A stretch of 64,000 nt of DNA from Nitrospinales bacterium (GTDB taxonomy: Bacteria; Nitrospinota; Nitrospinia; Nitrospinales; JAJDAT01): the NCBI GenBank assembly GCA_038154245.1, contig JAYOZP010000002.1, positions 50,928-114,927 on the forward strand, given 5' to 3'. This document shows positions 36,265 to 45,813 of this stretch, piece after piece; the first letter of the stretch is position 1; each line of letters begins with the position of its first letter. The notes beneath the pieces are model-generated. The model had not been told where the DNA came from. It saw only the letters and a program-made list of their open reading frames with translations, and ran no database searches. The translations under genes were made by a program, and so were the position numbers.

Positions 36265-37098
36265 TTAAAGAAATAATTGAGCCGCTTCGTCGAAATCATT
36301 TAATACCTTTTTCTTAACATCTTCTAAGTGTTCTTTCCCAAACCCTATTTTCTTAGGTGTTTGAATGTCAAGTCTAGGGATGACGCTTTCGCCGCTATTT
36401 CCTAAATCCCATTCGTGCGCTAGAATATCTGCCATATGTACAATTCGAGTTTCGTCAGTGTGTTTTTTAGCTCGTTTAGGTTCATGGTGATATGCTGCCG
36501 TTACAACTAAACTTTCTGGTAAATTCCAAGATTTTAAAAGATGGCTCCCTACTTCCATATGGTTGAAGCCCAAGATTTTATTTTCCATTTTGTAAAGATA
36601 TTCTTTTTTCGTTTCGCATAATTCTACAGCTTCCATAGCCGTTTCAGGTATTTTATTGAATATAACTAGACTGCCAATATCGTGCAACATCCCTGCTATA
36701 TAGTATTTTTCTGGATTTTCCATTCCAGTTAAAACCGCAATTTCCTTTGCAATCAATCCACAACCAACACAATGTCTCCAAAAAGATTTGCGGTTGACTG
36801 TTTTTACCATTCCTCCTTCAAATGAATTCATAATGGTAGTTGCTAAAGCTAATAGTTGTAACTCTTTGGTGCCTACTATTGAAAGAGCGTGGCTAATTGT
36901 CTCAATTTTCTGAGGAAAGCCATAGAAAGGACTATTAACTATTTTAAGTAATCTGGCAGTTAATGAAGCGTCGGCGCTAATAATCGATGCGATTTCTTCG
37001 AATAAAACATCTTCTTCAAGGGCTTGATTGATTTGAAAGTAAATTGTGGGAAGCGAGGCGACATAATCTTCTATCAAATCGAAAAACTTAGGTTCCAT
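36265..37098 (-). CDS. HDOD-domain signalling protein
   Basis: 277 aa. IASIISADASLTARLLKIVNSPFYGFPQKIETISHALSIVGTKEL is the HDOD signature. Also contains HD-like GMLHDIG. Confidence 0.8.
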   Translation of the reverse strand: MEPKFFDLIEDYVASLPTIYFQINQALEEDVLFEEIASIISADASLTARLLKIVNSPFYGFPQKIETISHALSIVGTKELQLLALATTIMNSFEGGMVKTVNRKSFWRHCVGCGLIAKEIAVLTGMENPEKYYIAGMLHDIGSLVIFNKIPETAMEAVELCETKKEYLYKMENKILGFNHMEVGSHLLKSWNLPESLVVTAAYHHEPKRAKKHTDETRIVHMADILAHEWDLGNSGESVIPRLDIQTPKKIGFGKEHLEDVKKKVLNDFDEAAQLFL

Positions 37099-37178
37099 TT
37101 AATAAAAGCTTATTAGAATTGATAAAGAAAAGAAATTTGTAGTATTTAGAGAAAGTAAGCATTTGGTAAAATTGACGA

Positions 37179-37973
37179 CTATGAAACTATTTCGCCAATT
37201 CCATATTGAACAGGAGCGGCTTTATATTTTTCTAGCGCGTTTGGTAGTAATTCAGATAGGCGTCCTATTCTTGTTTCATCTGAAGGGTGGGTTGACATAA
37301 ATTCTGGAGGCTGACTTCCTTTAGCATTTTGAAATCGAGTCCAAAAATTAACCGCTATACTAGGATCATATCCCGCTTTAGCCATATAAACTATACCAAT
37401 CTCGTCAGCCTCAGATTCATTTGCCCGACTGAATGGAAGTTGAAGGCCATATTGAGTGCCAATTCCTAAAGCTCCCAAAATAAGAGGTTTATATTTGTTA
37501 TCACTATAGGTTAGCGAAGCGAAAGATAAAGCTCCTGTTATAAGCATTTGTTGGGTCATCCGTTGCGCGCCATGTCGAGCAATAGCATGGGCGATTTCAT
37601 GGCCCATAACTGTGGCAACTCCCGCTTCATTTTTGCATATTTGCAAAATACCTGTATAAAATGCTACTTTTCCACCCGGTAGAGCAAAAGCGTTTTGTTG
37701 TGGGGATTCGATGACTTTAAATTCCCAATCTAAATCTGGCATATCGCTAACCGCTGCTAATCGCTTTCCAACCCGCAGGATCATATTGTTTAATTTAGCG
37801 TTCTGGGAAACTTTTTCTTTAGAAAGAATTTCACTATAAGATTGAGCTCCTAATGAAAGTTCTTGTGAAAAAGGGATCAATATTAATGCGGATTTTTCGC
37901 TAACAGGCGTAGTTACGCATGCTGTAATCGCAACTAGTAATACAACTAGTATGAATTTTGATTTTTTCTGCAT
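37179..37973 (-). CDS. M48-family zinc metallopeptidase lipoprotein
   Basis: 264 aa with lipobox AITAC. HEIAHAIARHG (HExxH) and downstream ESEAD. Confidence 0.85.
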   Translation of the reverse strand: MQKKSKFILVVLLVAITACVTTPVSEKSALILIPFSQELSLGAQSYSEILSKEKVSQNAKLNNMILRVGKRLAAVSDMPDLDWEFKVIESPQQNAFALPGGKVAFYTGILQICKNEAGVATVMGHEIAHAIARHGAQRMTQQMLITGALSFASLTYSDNKYKPLILGALGIGTQYGLQLPFSRANESEADEIGIVYMAKAGYDPSIAVNFWTRFQNAKGSQPPEFMSTHPSDETRIGRLSELLPNALEKYKAAPVQYGIGEIVS

Positions 37974-38072
37974 GTACCGATTATAGGAACTGGTCTCCCT
38001 TTTTTCAATATTTTTATTACTCTATTTAAAACATATATTTTGTATTCTCATAATTCTGAGTTTTGAAAATTC

Positions 38073-38669
38073 ATGTTTAAATTTGAAAAAGAAGCTCAAA
38101 TCAAGGGTTTTGATTTTATTGCGGGGGTCGACGAAGCTGGAAGAGGGCCACTGGCTGGTCCCGTCGTGGCCGCCGCCGTGATTTTAAAAGATTTTGAAAC
38201 AATTCCAGAGCTTCGCGATTCTAAGCAAATGTCTCCAAATCAAAGAGATAGAGTATTTGATACGATCAAAAAATCTGCTTTAGGTTTTGGTATTGGAGTT
38301 ATCGATGTATCCGTAATTGACAAAATTAATATTTTACAAGCCGCATTGCTAGCTATGAAAATAGCTACGGAAAAACTTCCCATGCCGCCCGACTTTATCC
38401 TTGTAGACGGTAATCGCACCTTTGATTTTCCAAAAGAACAAAAAGCGGTAATTAAAGGAGATCAGTTAAGTCAATCGATCGCAGCCGCCTCTGTGTTGGC
38501 TAAAGTAACGAGAGATCGTATCATGGTCGAGTACCATAAAAAATATCCACAGTATGGTTTTGACAAACACAAAGGATATGGGACTAAATTACATAAGGAA
38601 AAGATTCAAGAGTTTAAACCTTGTCCAATTCATCGAAAAACGTTTAAAGGAGTTCGAGAATTTTTGTAG
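38073..38669 (+). CDS. rnhB: ribonuclease HII
   Basis: 198 aa. GVDEAGRGPLAGPVVAAAV and ASVLAKVTRD motifs. Confidence 0.9.
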   Translation: MFKFEKEAQIKGFDFIAGVDEAGRGPLAGPVVAAAVILKDFETIPELRDSKQMSPNQRDRVFDTIKKSALGFGIGVIDVSVIDKINILQAALLAMKIATEKLPMPPDFILVDGNRTFDFPKEQKAVIKGDQLSQSIAAASVLAKVTRDRIMVEYHKKYPQYGFDKHKGYGTKLHKEKIQEFKPCPIHRKTFKGVREFL

Positions 38670-38786
38670 CCTAATCCGATTAGATTTTTAAATACTTAAT
38701 TAGGTTGTTTGAGCGCTTTAGTTTAGGATGTAGATTAGCGACGCCGTTTAAGATAAAATTTCATTGTCTTACGCGAATAAAAAAAT

Positions 38787-40523
38787 ATGCTTTCTCTAAA
38801 CAAAAAAAAATGGATTTTGGCGAACCCTTCTCCGGACGATTGCCTTAGACTGAGGGAAGAAGCGTGTGTTTCTCCTTTAGTCGCTAAATTATTAGTCAAT
38901 CGTCAAGTGGTTACTGGCGAGGACGCAAAATATATTGTTGACGGTGATTTATCAAGTCTACACGATCCTTTTCTTATGAAGGGGATGAATATAGCTGTAG
39001 ATAGAATCATTAAGGCTATCGAAGGTAACGAAACTTTAACTGTATTTGCAGACTATGATGTCGATGGCGTTTCATCCGCTGCTTTTTTAATACATTTTTT
39101 TCGAGACCTTGGCATACCAATAAAATATTATCTTCCGAATAGAATGGTTGAAGGCTATGGATTGACTGTAGACGCCTTAAATTCTATTAAAGAGACAGGA
39201 AGTTCTTTAGTTATTACGGCAGATTGTGGAATTACAGCAGTTAAAGAAGTTTCTGTAGCAAAAGAAATGGGATTGGATGTTATTATTACCGATCATCATC
39301 AAGTCAGTGCAGAAGGTTTACCGCAAGCATTAGCGGTTTTAAATCCCCACCAACCCGATTGTCCTTATCCTTTTAGGTTTTTATGTGGAGTTGGAATTGT
39401 TATGAAGTTGTCGACCGCAATTCGAACAGCCCTTTATCGAGCTGGTTGGGAAAAAAGTAGATTGCCTAATTTAAGACAGTATCTTGATCTTTTTGCTTTA
39501 GGAACCATTGCGGACGTTGCTCCTTTAACTGGGGAAAATCATGTGTTGACTCGACATGGTTTAGAGGAACTTACCACGACTCAAAAACCAGGTTTGATCG
39601 CATTAAAATCGGTCGCCGGCTTAAATGGCGCTGTCGACTCTCAATCGATTGGTTTTGGATTGGGGCCTAGGCTTAATGCCGCTGGCAGGTTAGGAAAAGC
39701 CGATTCTGGTTTACATTTGCTTCTTTCTCAAGATCTTTCACAGGCCACTGATTTAGCTAATGGGCTTGAGACTGTGAACCGTGAGAGACAGGATGTTCAA
39801 AAATGGACCCAAAAGGAAGCGGAGTATTTAATTTCTAAAGAAATTGATTTAGAAAACGATCGAGTTATTGTATTAGCTTCAGAAAATTTCCATCGAGGCG
39901 TTGTTGGGATTGTGGCTTCCCGTATTGTCGAAAGATTTTATAGGCCAGCTGTACTAATCGCCATAAAAGATGGTTTAGGCAACGGTTCGGGTCGGAGTAT
40001 TCCTAAGTTTAATTTATTTAAAGGGCTGCAAGATTGCTCAGATTATTTTCAGCAATTTGGAGGTCATGCGTTTGCGGCTGGTCTTACTTTAGAAGCCTCA
40101 AAAATTGATGAGTTTAAGAGGACTTTTAAAGAAATTGGGCACAAGTTTTTAAGTCCAGAAGATTTGATTCCTGAAGTTAAGATAGATTGCGAGATAAAAC
40201 TCTCGGATGTTACTTTTGAATTAATTGACGAAATTAACAAGCTCAGTCCTTTCGGAGCGGTAAATCCGATTCCTGTTTTTGCAAGCCGAAACGTTATTTT
40301 ACGTAATATTAAATTTCTTGGAAAAGAGGCAAATCACGTTCGTTTTAAGGTTTTGCAAAAGAATGCATTAAAAGACGTTATCGCTTTTAATATGAGATCG
40401 GCTTTTGAGAATAAATTAAAAGATGGAGATCAAGTAGATATTGTTTATGAAGCGACAGTTAATGAGTGGCATGGAAATGAAAATCTTCAACTAAATCTGA
40501 CGGATATAGCGTTTCCCGCTTAG
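38787..40523 (+). CDS. recJ: single-stranded-DNA-specific exonuclease RecJ
   Basis: 578 aa. DHH motifs VFADYDVDGVSS, ITADCG, ITDHH. DHHA1 GGHAFAAG. Confidence 0.9.
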   Translation: MLSLNKKKWILANPSPDDCLRLREEACVSPLVAKLLVNRQVVTGEDAKYIVDGDLSSLHDPFLMKGMNIAVDRIIKAIEGNETLTVFADYDVDGVSSAAFLIHFFRDLGIPIKYYLPNRMVEGYGLTVDALNSIKETGSSLVITADCGITAVKEVSVAKEMGLDVIITDHHQVSAEGLPQALAVLNPHQPDCPYPFRFLCGVGIVMKLSTAIRTALYRAGWEKSRLPNLRQYLDLFALGTIADVAPLTGENHVLTRHGLEELTTTQKPGLIALKSVAGLNGAVDSQSIGFGLGPRLNAAGRLGKADSGLHLLLSQDLSQATDLANGLETVNRERQDVQKWTQKEAEYLISKEIDLENDRVIVLASENFHRGVVGIVASRIVERFYRPAVLIAIKDGLGNGSGRSIPKFNLFKGLQDCSDYFQQFGGHAFAAGLTLEASKIDEFKRTFKEIGHKFLSPEDLIPEVKIDCEIKLSDVTFELIDEINKLSPFGAVNPIPVFASRNVILRNIKFLGKEANHVRFKVLQKNALKDVIAFNMRSAFENKLKDGDQVDIVYEATVNEWHGNENLQLNLTDIAFPA

Positions 40524-40565
40524 TCGAAAAAAACTGAAAATAAATCTCCAACAGTTTTTTGCTAG

Positions 40566-43136
40566 TTATTCTGTTCTGACTGCATTCATAGCGTTTAAAT
40601 TGGCGGCGGTTCTAGATGGATACCAGCCCGCAATTACCGAAGCGGACCAAAAAGATATTAGCATTACAAAAATAAAGGAAATTGGAAAATGGACTTGAAT
40701 AGTCCATCCAAATGATTGTTTATTAATTACATAAATGAGTAAATAGGAAACCACAATTCCCGCCCCTAACCCTATCGCAGAACCAATAAAACCTAAAATT
40801 CCCGCCTCGATCAAAACAATTTTTTTTACTTGCTGTTTAAACGCTCCAATAAATCTTAGAATACCTATTTCTCTCTGCCTTTCAAGCACAAGCGATAATA
40901 AGGTATTAAACAAACCCAAGACAGCCACAAAAATGGCAACAATTTCCAAAGAATATGTTATAGCGAATGTATTGTCGAATATTCGCAATACTTCTTTTTT
41001 GAGTTCGCCATTAGTCCGAACTATGACGTTTTGATCCTGTGCAATTCGTTTTACAATTTCTTTTCGGATATTTGGAAGTTCTTTTTTGTTTTCTAAATAT
41101 ACGACAATACTGTTAATCAAAGAATCTTCGTAATAATTTAAAAACGTTGTTCGGTCTATGACAATGTATCCTCTTTCTTGGGAGTAATCATAATAGACCG
41201 CAACGATTTCTAAGTTGAGAGGTCCTTTAGGAGTATTTAAATTAATAGTATCTCCCGCTTGAATTTCATGTTTTAAAGAAAACGCTTCCGAAACGATAGC
41301 CCGATTTTGATTAACCATAGCGGCGCCTAAATTTTTAGACTTCATTCCAGATTTAATGACCAAATTTCCAAAACGAGATACTATTGAGAAATCTCCCGAC
41401 GCTATTATGATAGGAAGATTGTTATATGAGTGGTTAATGGCGCGAAATAAATCAACCGCCGCAATTCCCGGAATAGGTTTTAATTTCTCAGCTTTTTTAG
41501 GTGAAAATGTATTTTGGTAATCAATATTTCTGCCAGATGCTGGACGGATAAATAAATCTGCTTTCAAAGTTTGACCAATCCATACGACCACAGTTTGTCT
41601 AAAGCTATGAACCATGATTGACATGCTAATGATCATCATGAATGCGATGGCGAGAGAGGAAACGGCAATTGAATTTCTTCCAACATTTTGCGTTAGATTT
41701 AGGCAAGCAAGCAAGCCTTCGCCCCCAAAATAACGTTGGAGTTGAGTTCGGAGTTTATTTCTGGCTATCAGCAATAACGACGGAGAAAATAAAGAGCATC
41801 CAAGGATTAAGAGAAAAACCGAAAAAAATCCAAAAAACGGAAATTGATCTATAGGAGGTAAAAAAGCAAAAAGTACCGCGCAAATTAATATTACCGTAGC
41901 CGCATAGTTCAGACTTTTATTTCCACGAAATATTTTTAAGTCGTAACTCCCGCGCCGCATAACTTGAGTCGGCGAAGCCATTGCAGCTTCAATTGCAGGA
42001 AGTAAAGCGGAAAAAAAAGATAATCCCACTCCAAGAAAAAAATAAGGAATTGCCTCAGAAAATAGAAACTTCGCTTCTCCAGCATTATTAGACACATAAA
42101 GCGCGTTTATAGTCATCGAAACGGCATTCAAAGAAAATTCGGCAAGATAATAACCAAGCACTATTCCTAAAACAGAGCCAATTGCTCCGATGATTCCTGC
42201 TTCTAGGAAAAAGATAGCCGCAATTGAAAAAGGGGAGGAGCCTAACGCCCGCAAAGTTCCAATTTCAACTCTCCTTCGAACTACTGAAAGAGCTACCATA
42301 TTATAAATTAAATAAAGGGCAACCAATAAAGCGACAAAACTTAAAGCGGATAAGTTGTACTGAAAAGCTCTAAGCATTTTTTCTACTTGCTGATTTTTTC
42401 TTTCAGGTCGATCTACCCTTAAATAATTTGGGAGAATTGCCGAGATTTTATCCCGATAAAATTCGAAACTTTTATCCTCAAGAAATTCAATGTCTATCCG
42501 ATCTAGTTTGCCAATTTTTTCAAATACATTTTGAGCTGCGGCAATATCCATCAGAGCAAAATTACCGTTTAACGCTTTAGCAATGCCTTTATTTTCAAGA
42601 ACTGCCGTTACGTTTAATAAAGTTTTTTTACCGTTGATTGTGAATGAGATTTTGTCTCCAGGTTCAAACGACGTTTCGGGAATAAACTTTTCAGGTAAGA
42701 TGATTCCGGTTGGATCTAAAATTAACGGAACAAGTCCATTGAGATTTTTTTGAGTCGTTTTAAGAGAAAAATCTCGAACTCCGCTATCTTGCAAAAGATC
42801 GGTCCCCAAAATTTCCACTATTTCTCCCGACTTGGTTTCTACGGCTTTGGCTTCTATAACGGGATATGGTTTTATTAGTTTTCTTAAAGAATTTAAAGAC
42901 TTGAATGTCATTTCGTCGAAGGGCATTCCGTCGGCGTGTACTGTTGCGTCGGCTCGCCCAAGAACAAGATCAATACTTTCTTTAAAGGAATTTAAAGTTT
43001 GCCGATTGGCTAATTGGACGCTTAGAAATACGGATACTCCAATGGCTACGCCTAAAATTGTTACGGCGGTTCGGAATGGATCTTTATAAAGGGGCCGTAT
43101 GACTAACGCTATAAATAAGTTTAAAAATGAATACAA
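40566..43136 (-). CDS. ABC-transporter permease with two FtsX-like modules (MacB/LolE type)
   Basis: 856 aa. Two 4-TM FtsX-type modules, each preceded by a large extracytoplasmic loop. Confidence 0.8.
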   Translation of the reverse strand: MYSFLNLFIALVIRPLYKDPFRTAVTILGVAIGVSVFLSVQLANRQTLNSFKESIDLVLGRADATVHADGMPFDEMTFKSLNSLRKLIKPYPVIEAKAVETKSGEIVEILGTDLLQDSGVRDFSLKTTQKNLNGLVPLILDPTGIILPEKFIPETSFEPGDKISFTINGKKTLLNVTAVLENKGIAKALNGNFALMDIAAAQNVFEKIGKLDRIDIEFLEDKSFEFYRDKISAILPNYLRVDRPERKNQQVEKMLRAFQYNLSALSFVALLVALYLIYNMVALSVVRRRVEIGTLRALGSSPFSIAAIFFLEAGIIGAIGSVLGIVLGYYLAEFSLNAVSMTINALYVSNNAGEAKFLFSEAIPYFFLGVGLSFFSALLPAIEAAMASPTQVMRRGSYDLKIFRGNKSLNYAATVILICAVLFAFLPPIDQFPFFGFFSVFLLILGCSLFSPSLLLIARNKLRTQLQRYFGGEGLLACLNLTQNVGRNSIAVSSLAIAFMMIISMSIMVHSFRQTVVVWIGQTLKADLFIRPASGRNIDYQNTFSPKKAEKLKPIPGIAAVDLFRAINHSYNNLPIIIASGDFSIVSRFGNLVIKSGMKSKNLGAAMVNQNRAIVSEAFSLKHEIQAGDTINLNTPKGPLNLEIVAVYYDYSQERGYIVIDRTTFLNYYEDSLINSIVVYLENKKELPNIRKEIVKRIAQDQNVIVRTNGELKKEVLRIFDNTFAITYSLEIVAIFVAVLGLFNTLLSLVLERQREIGILRFIGAFKQQVKKIVLIEAGILGFIGSAIGLGAGIVVSYLLIYVINKQSFGWTIQVHFPISFIFVMLISFWSASVIAGWYPSRTAANLNAMNAVRTE

Positions 43137-43162
43137 TTTATTATAAATTTTTTGGTCGGAGT

Positions 43163-45007
43163 TTAGATTTTAATTTGGACTGCTTCTAGTATATTTTTTG
43201 CTAGAGATTTAGTTATTCCCGGAAGTTGGACTAGCTCGTCGGGCGATGCGTTTCGAATATTTTCCAAGCTTCCAAACTTTTTTAGCAAAGCTAATCTACG
43301 TTTTTTACCTATTCCAGAGATAGACTCAAGAGGAGAAGTTAGTGTTTTCGTTCCTCTTAATTTTCGGTGATAAGTTATGGCAAATCTGTGCGATTCATCG
43401 CGAACTCTTTGCAAAAGTAGTCGAGCGGGCGAATGTTCTTTAAAAAAAATAGATTGTTTTTTTTGAGGTGAAAAAACTTCATCAGTTCTTAAATCGTTGC
43501 GATTTTTTCCTTTAGCGATGCACGCTAGATCAACTTTATCCTCTAAACTTAAGTCGCGTAGTACTTGCAATCCGGCATTCAGATGTCCTTTACCACCGTC
43601 TATTAAGATTAAGTCTGGAAAAGGCTTTTCTTCTGCTATTAAACGCCCGTATCTTCTAATTAAAACTTCGCGTAGCATTGCGTAATCGTCAATTCCTTCT
43701 ACCTCTTTAATCTTAAATCGACGATAATTTGCTTTGTCGGCTTTTCCTTCATTGAAACAAACCATTGAACCAACGGCGTATGTTCCGGAAATATTTGAAA
43801 TATCAAAACTTTCAATAATTTGGGGTAAACTTTTTAAAGAAAGTTGGGTTTGAAGCTCTTCAAGCATTAAAACTCGGGAGTTGTCGTCATCTAACTCGTT
43901 TTTTAGAGCTAATTTGGCGTTTGAAGCGGCCATTACGACTAAGTTCCGTTTTTTTCCTATCGTAGGAGATTCCAAAATAACTCGACTGCTTTTTTTTTCT
44001 GATAACCAATCGCTTAATAGACTTTGGTCTTCTACAGGATGGGGCAATAGAATTTCTCTGGGAAGTATAGGTTCGTCTGCATAGTATTGTTTCAGAAACG
44101 AGGTTAAGATTTCATTATCTTCAAATTCACTTTGGCTTTTTAAGCGTACGTTTTTTTCTCCAATTAATTTACCCTCTCGAATGATTAATACTTGAACCAG
44201 GGCGCAATCACCCTCTCTGTAGTATGCGATAGCGTCGTGGTTTTCCTGAGAGGTGGATACAACTTTTTGTTTATCAAAAATGGTTTTAACGGCTGCAATC
44301 TTGTCTCTATATACGGCGGCTTTCTCGTATTCTGTAGCTTCTGAAGCGAAATGCATTTTTGTTTTTAGGCTTTCGATTAATTCTCCATTTTTTCCTTTAA
44401 GAAATAATTGAACGTCTTTAACAATTTTAGAATAATCTTCCGGGGTTACTTTTGCCGAACAGGGAGCGAGACAACGTCCAATTTGATAATTTAGGCACGG
44501 ACGGCGTTTTTCTGTTCCGTCCAAGTCGTCTTTACTTTGCCGTAGAGGAAAAATTTTATAAATTAATCTAATGGTCTCCCGTACTTCCTTGACCATTGTG
44601 TATGGACCAAAATATGCAGAAGAATCTTTTTTGATTTTCCGGACTATTTCTAATCGTGGGTAGGTTTCTCCTAATGTTAAACGTATATAAGGGTAATGTT
44701 TATCGTCCTTTAATAGAACGTTGTAACGTGGTTGGTATTTTTTAACAAAATTACTCTCGAGGATTAGAGCTTCGCGCTCGGATTCAGTTGTTAATACTTT
44801 TATATCTTTGATTTTTGAAATCATTGCCCTGGAACGGGGCATAAAGTTTCGAGAATCTTGAAAGTATGAGCGAACTCGAGAAAACAAAGATTTTGCTTTT
44901 CCAATATAAAGAACTTCTCCCTTCCCATCCTTCATCATATAAATGCCGGGCAGTTTAGGAAGCGTATCAAGAATTTCGTTGATGCGGTCGGCCATTGCTT
45001 TGCGCAT
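43163..45007 (-). CDS. uvrC: excinuclease ABC subunit C
   Basis: 614 aa. GIY-YIG N-terminus (PGIYMMKD...VLYIGKAKSL), UvrBC domain, C-terminal HhH2. Confidence 0.95.
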   Translation of the reverse strand: MRKAMADRINEILDTLPKLPGIYMMKDGKGEVLYIGKAKSLFSRVRSYFQDSRNFMPRSRAMISKIKDIKVLTTESEREALILESNFVKKYQPRYNVLLKDDKHYPYIRLTLGETYPRLEIVRKIKKDSSAYFGPYTMVKEVRETIRLIYKIFPLRQSKDDLDGTEKRRPCLNYQIGRCLAPCSAKVTPEDYSKIVKDVQLFLKGKNGELIESLKTKMHFASEATEYEKAAVYRDKIAAVKTIFDKQKVVSTSQENHDAIAYYREGDCALVQVLIIREGKLIGEKNVRLKSQSEFEDNEILTSFLKQYYADEPILPREILLPHPVEDQSLLSDWLSEKKSSRVILESPTIGKKRNLVVMAASNAKLALKNELDDDNSRVLMLEELQTQLSLKSLPQIIESFDISNISGTYAVGSMVCFNEGKADKANYRRFKIKEVEGIDDYAMLREVLIRRYGRLIAEEKPFPDLILIDGGKGHLNAGLQVLRDLSLEDKVDLACIAKGKNRNDLRTDEVFSPQKKQSIFFKEHSPARLLLQRVRDESHRFAITYHRKLRGTKTLTSPLESISGIGKKRRLALLKKFGSLENIRNASPDELVQLPGITKSLAKNILEAVQIKI

Positions 45008-45100
45008 TGCCTCAAATGAGTTTTTGTAACTATGTTAAAAACTAAAGATCAGATTTTTTGGGATGCCTATTGGTTCTTGCAAATACTTTTTAAATCGTAT

Positions 45101-45418
45101 TTAGGAAAATGATTTTTTAGGACTCCAGCCTCTGTATCTCATGCAACCTAGAAAGGGAGCATGCTCGCCTCTAAACCCGTATTCTCTACCTTGGATAATG
45201 CTGCTGTATTTAACTTTCTCCTTTAAGCAAGTCTCTAAATTTTTTTCAAACGTTTCTTTTGGCTTAGAGCCTTCAACGCTTTTAAAGTCTGAATAATTCC
45301 AACTTGGGCCGCATCCTGAAAAAACGATTAAAGAAAGAAATAATAATGAGATTTTTTTGAAATTAATAAACTTATGAAAGTGAAATAAGAAATGTTTAGA
45401 GTTTTTTTGAAGGCGCAT
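45101..45418 (-). CDS. small lipoprotein, hypothetical
   Basis: 105 aa with lipobox IVFSGC. Confidence 0.55.
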   Translation of the reverse strand: MRLQKNSKHFLFHFHKFINFKKISLLFLSLIVFSGCGPSWNYSDFKSVEGSKPKETFEKNLETCLKEKVKYSSIIQGREYGFRGEHAPFLGCMRYRGWSPKKSFS

Positions 45419-45544
45419 CTTTTTTACCGATTAAAGTTCGTGAAAAGTTATTGAATATTATAATCTAAATTGGGTTTTATGAGTTTGCCTGGAAAAAGAA
45501 ATGGCAATCAAGATTAATGGTTTGGCATAAATAGATTTTATTAA

Positions 45545-45651
45545 ATAAAGGGTATCTCTAAGAATTCGATATTTTTACTTTAGGCAACTCGCAGTCCCCC
45601 ATTTTATAAGGTTTGCTCGCGGGCATAAACAATTTTTAGAGGTCCCCTTAA
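45545..45651 (+). repeat. ~106-nt inverted-repeat element, copy D (diverged)
   Basis: TAAAGGGTATCTCTAAGAATTCGA...AGGCAACTCGC...GCTCGCGGGC...TTTTTAGAGGTCCCCTTAA shares its ends and inner boxes with copies B and C. Same orientation. Confidence 0.7.
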
Positions 45652-45813
45652 TTGAATTTAAATTTTAAATACGAACTTTCACCTATTTTTATATAGATTC
45701 TAATTCAGAAAAAATAGGGAAAAATTTAATTTTTTTGTATCAAAACAAATTTAAGAAATAGTTCCTTCCCTTTCTCATCTCGCTTATAATGATGAAGAAA
45801 TGGAGATTCATTC

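Noticed and set aside
40527-40560. AAAAAACTG / CAGTTTTTT hairpin between convergent recJ and the FtsX permease as a bidirectional terminator
   Set aside because: The stem is almost pure A/T with a 15-nt loop. It is too weak to assert.
8374-45651. The four ~106-nt repeats as a CRISPR array or as integron attC sites
   Set aside because: Spacing is irregular (15.6, 5.6 and 16 kb) with ordinary genes in between, so this is not CRISPR. No GTTRRRY/RYYYAAC cores were seen. The copy near the recombinase lies at its 3' end and not at a divergent attI position. The 283-aa recombinase is shorter than the ~320-340 aa typical of integron integrases, although I could not check the IntI-specific insertion.
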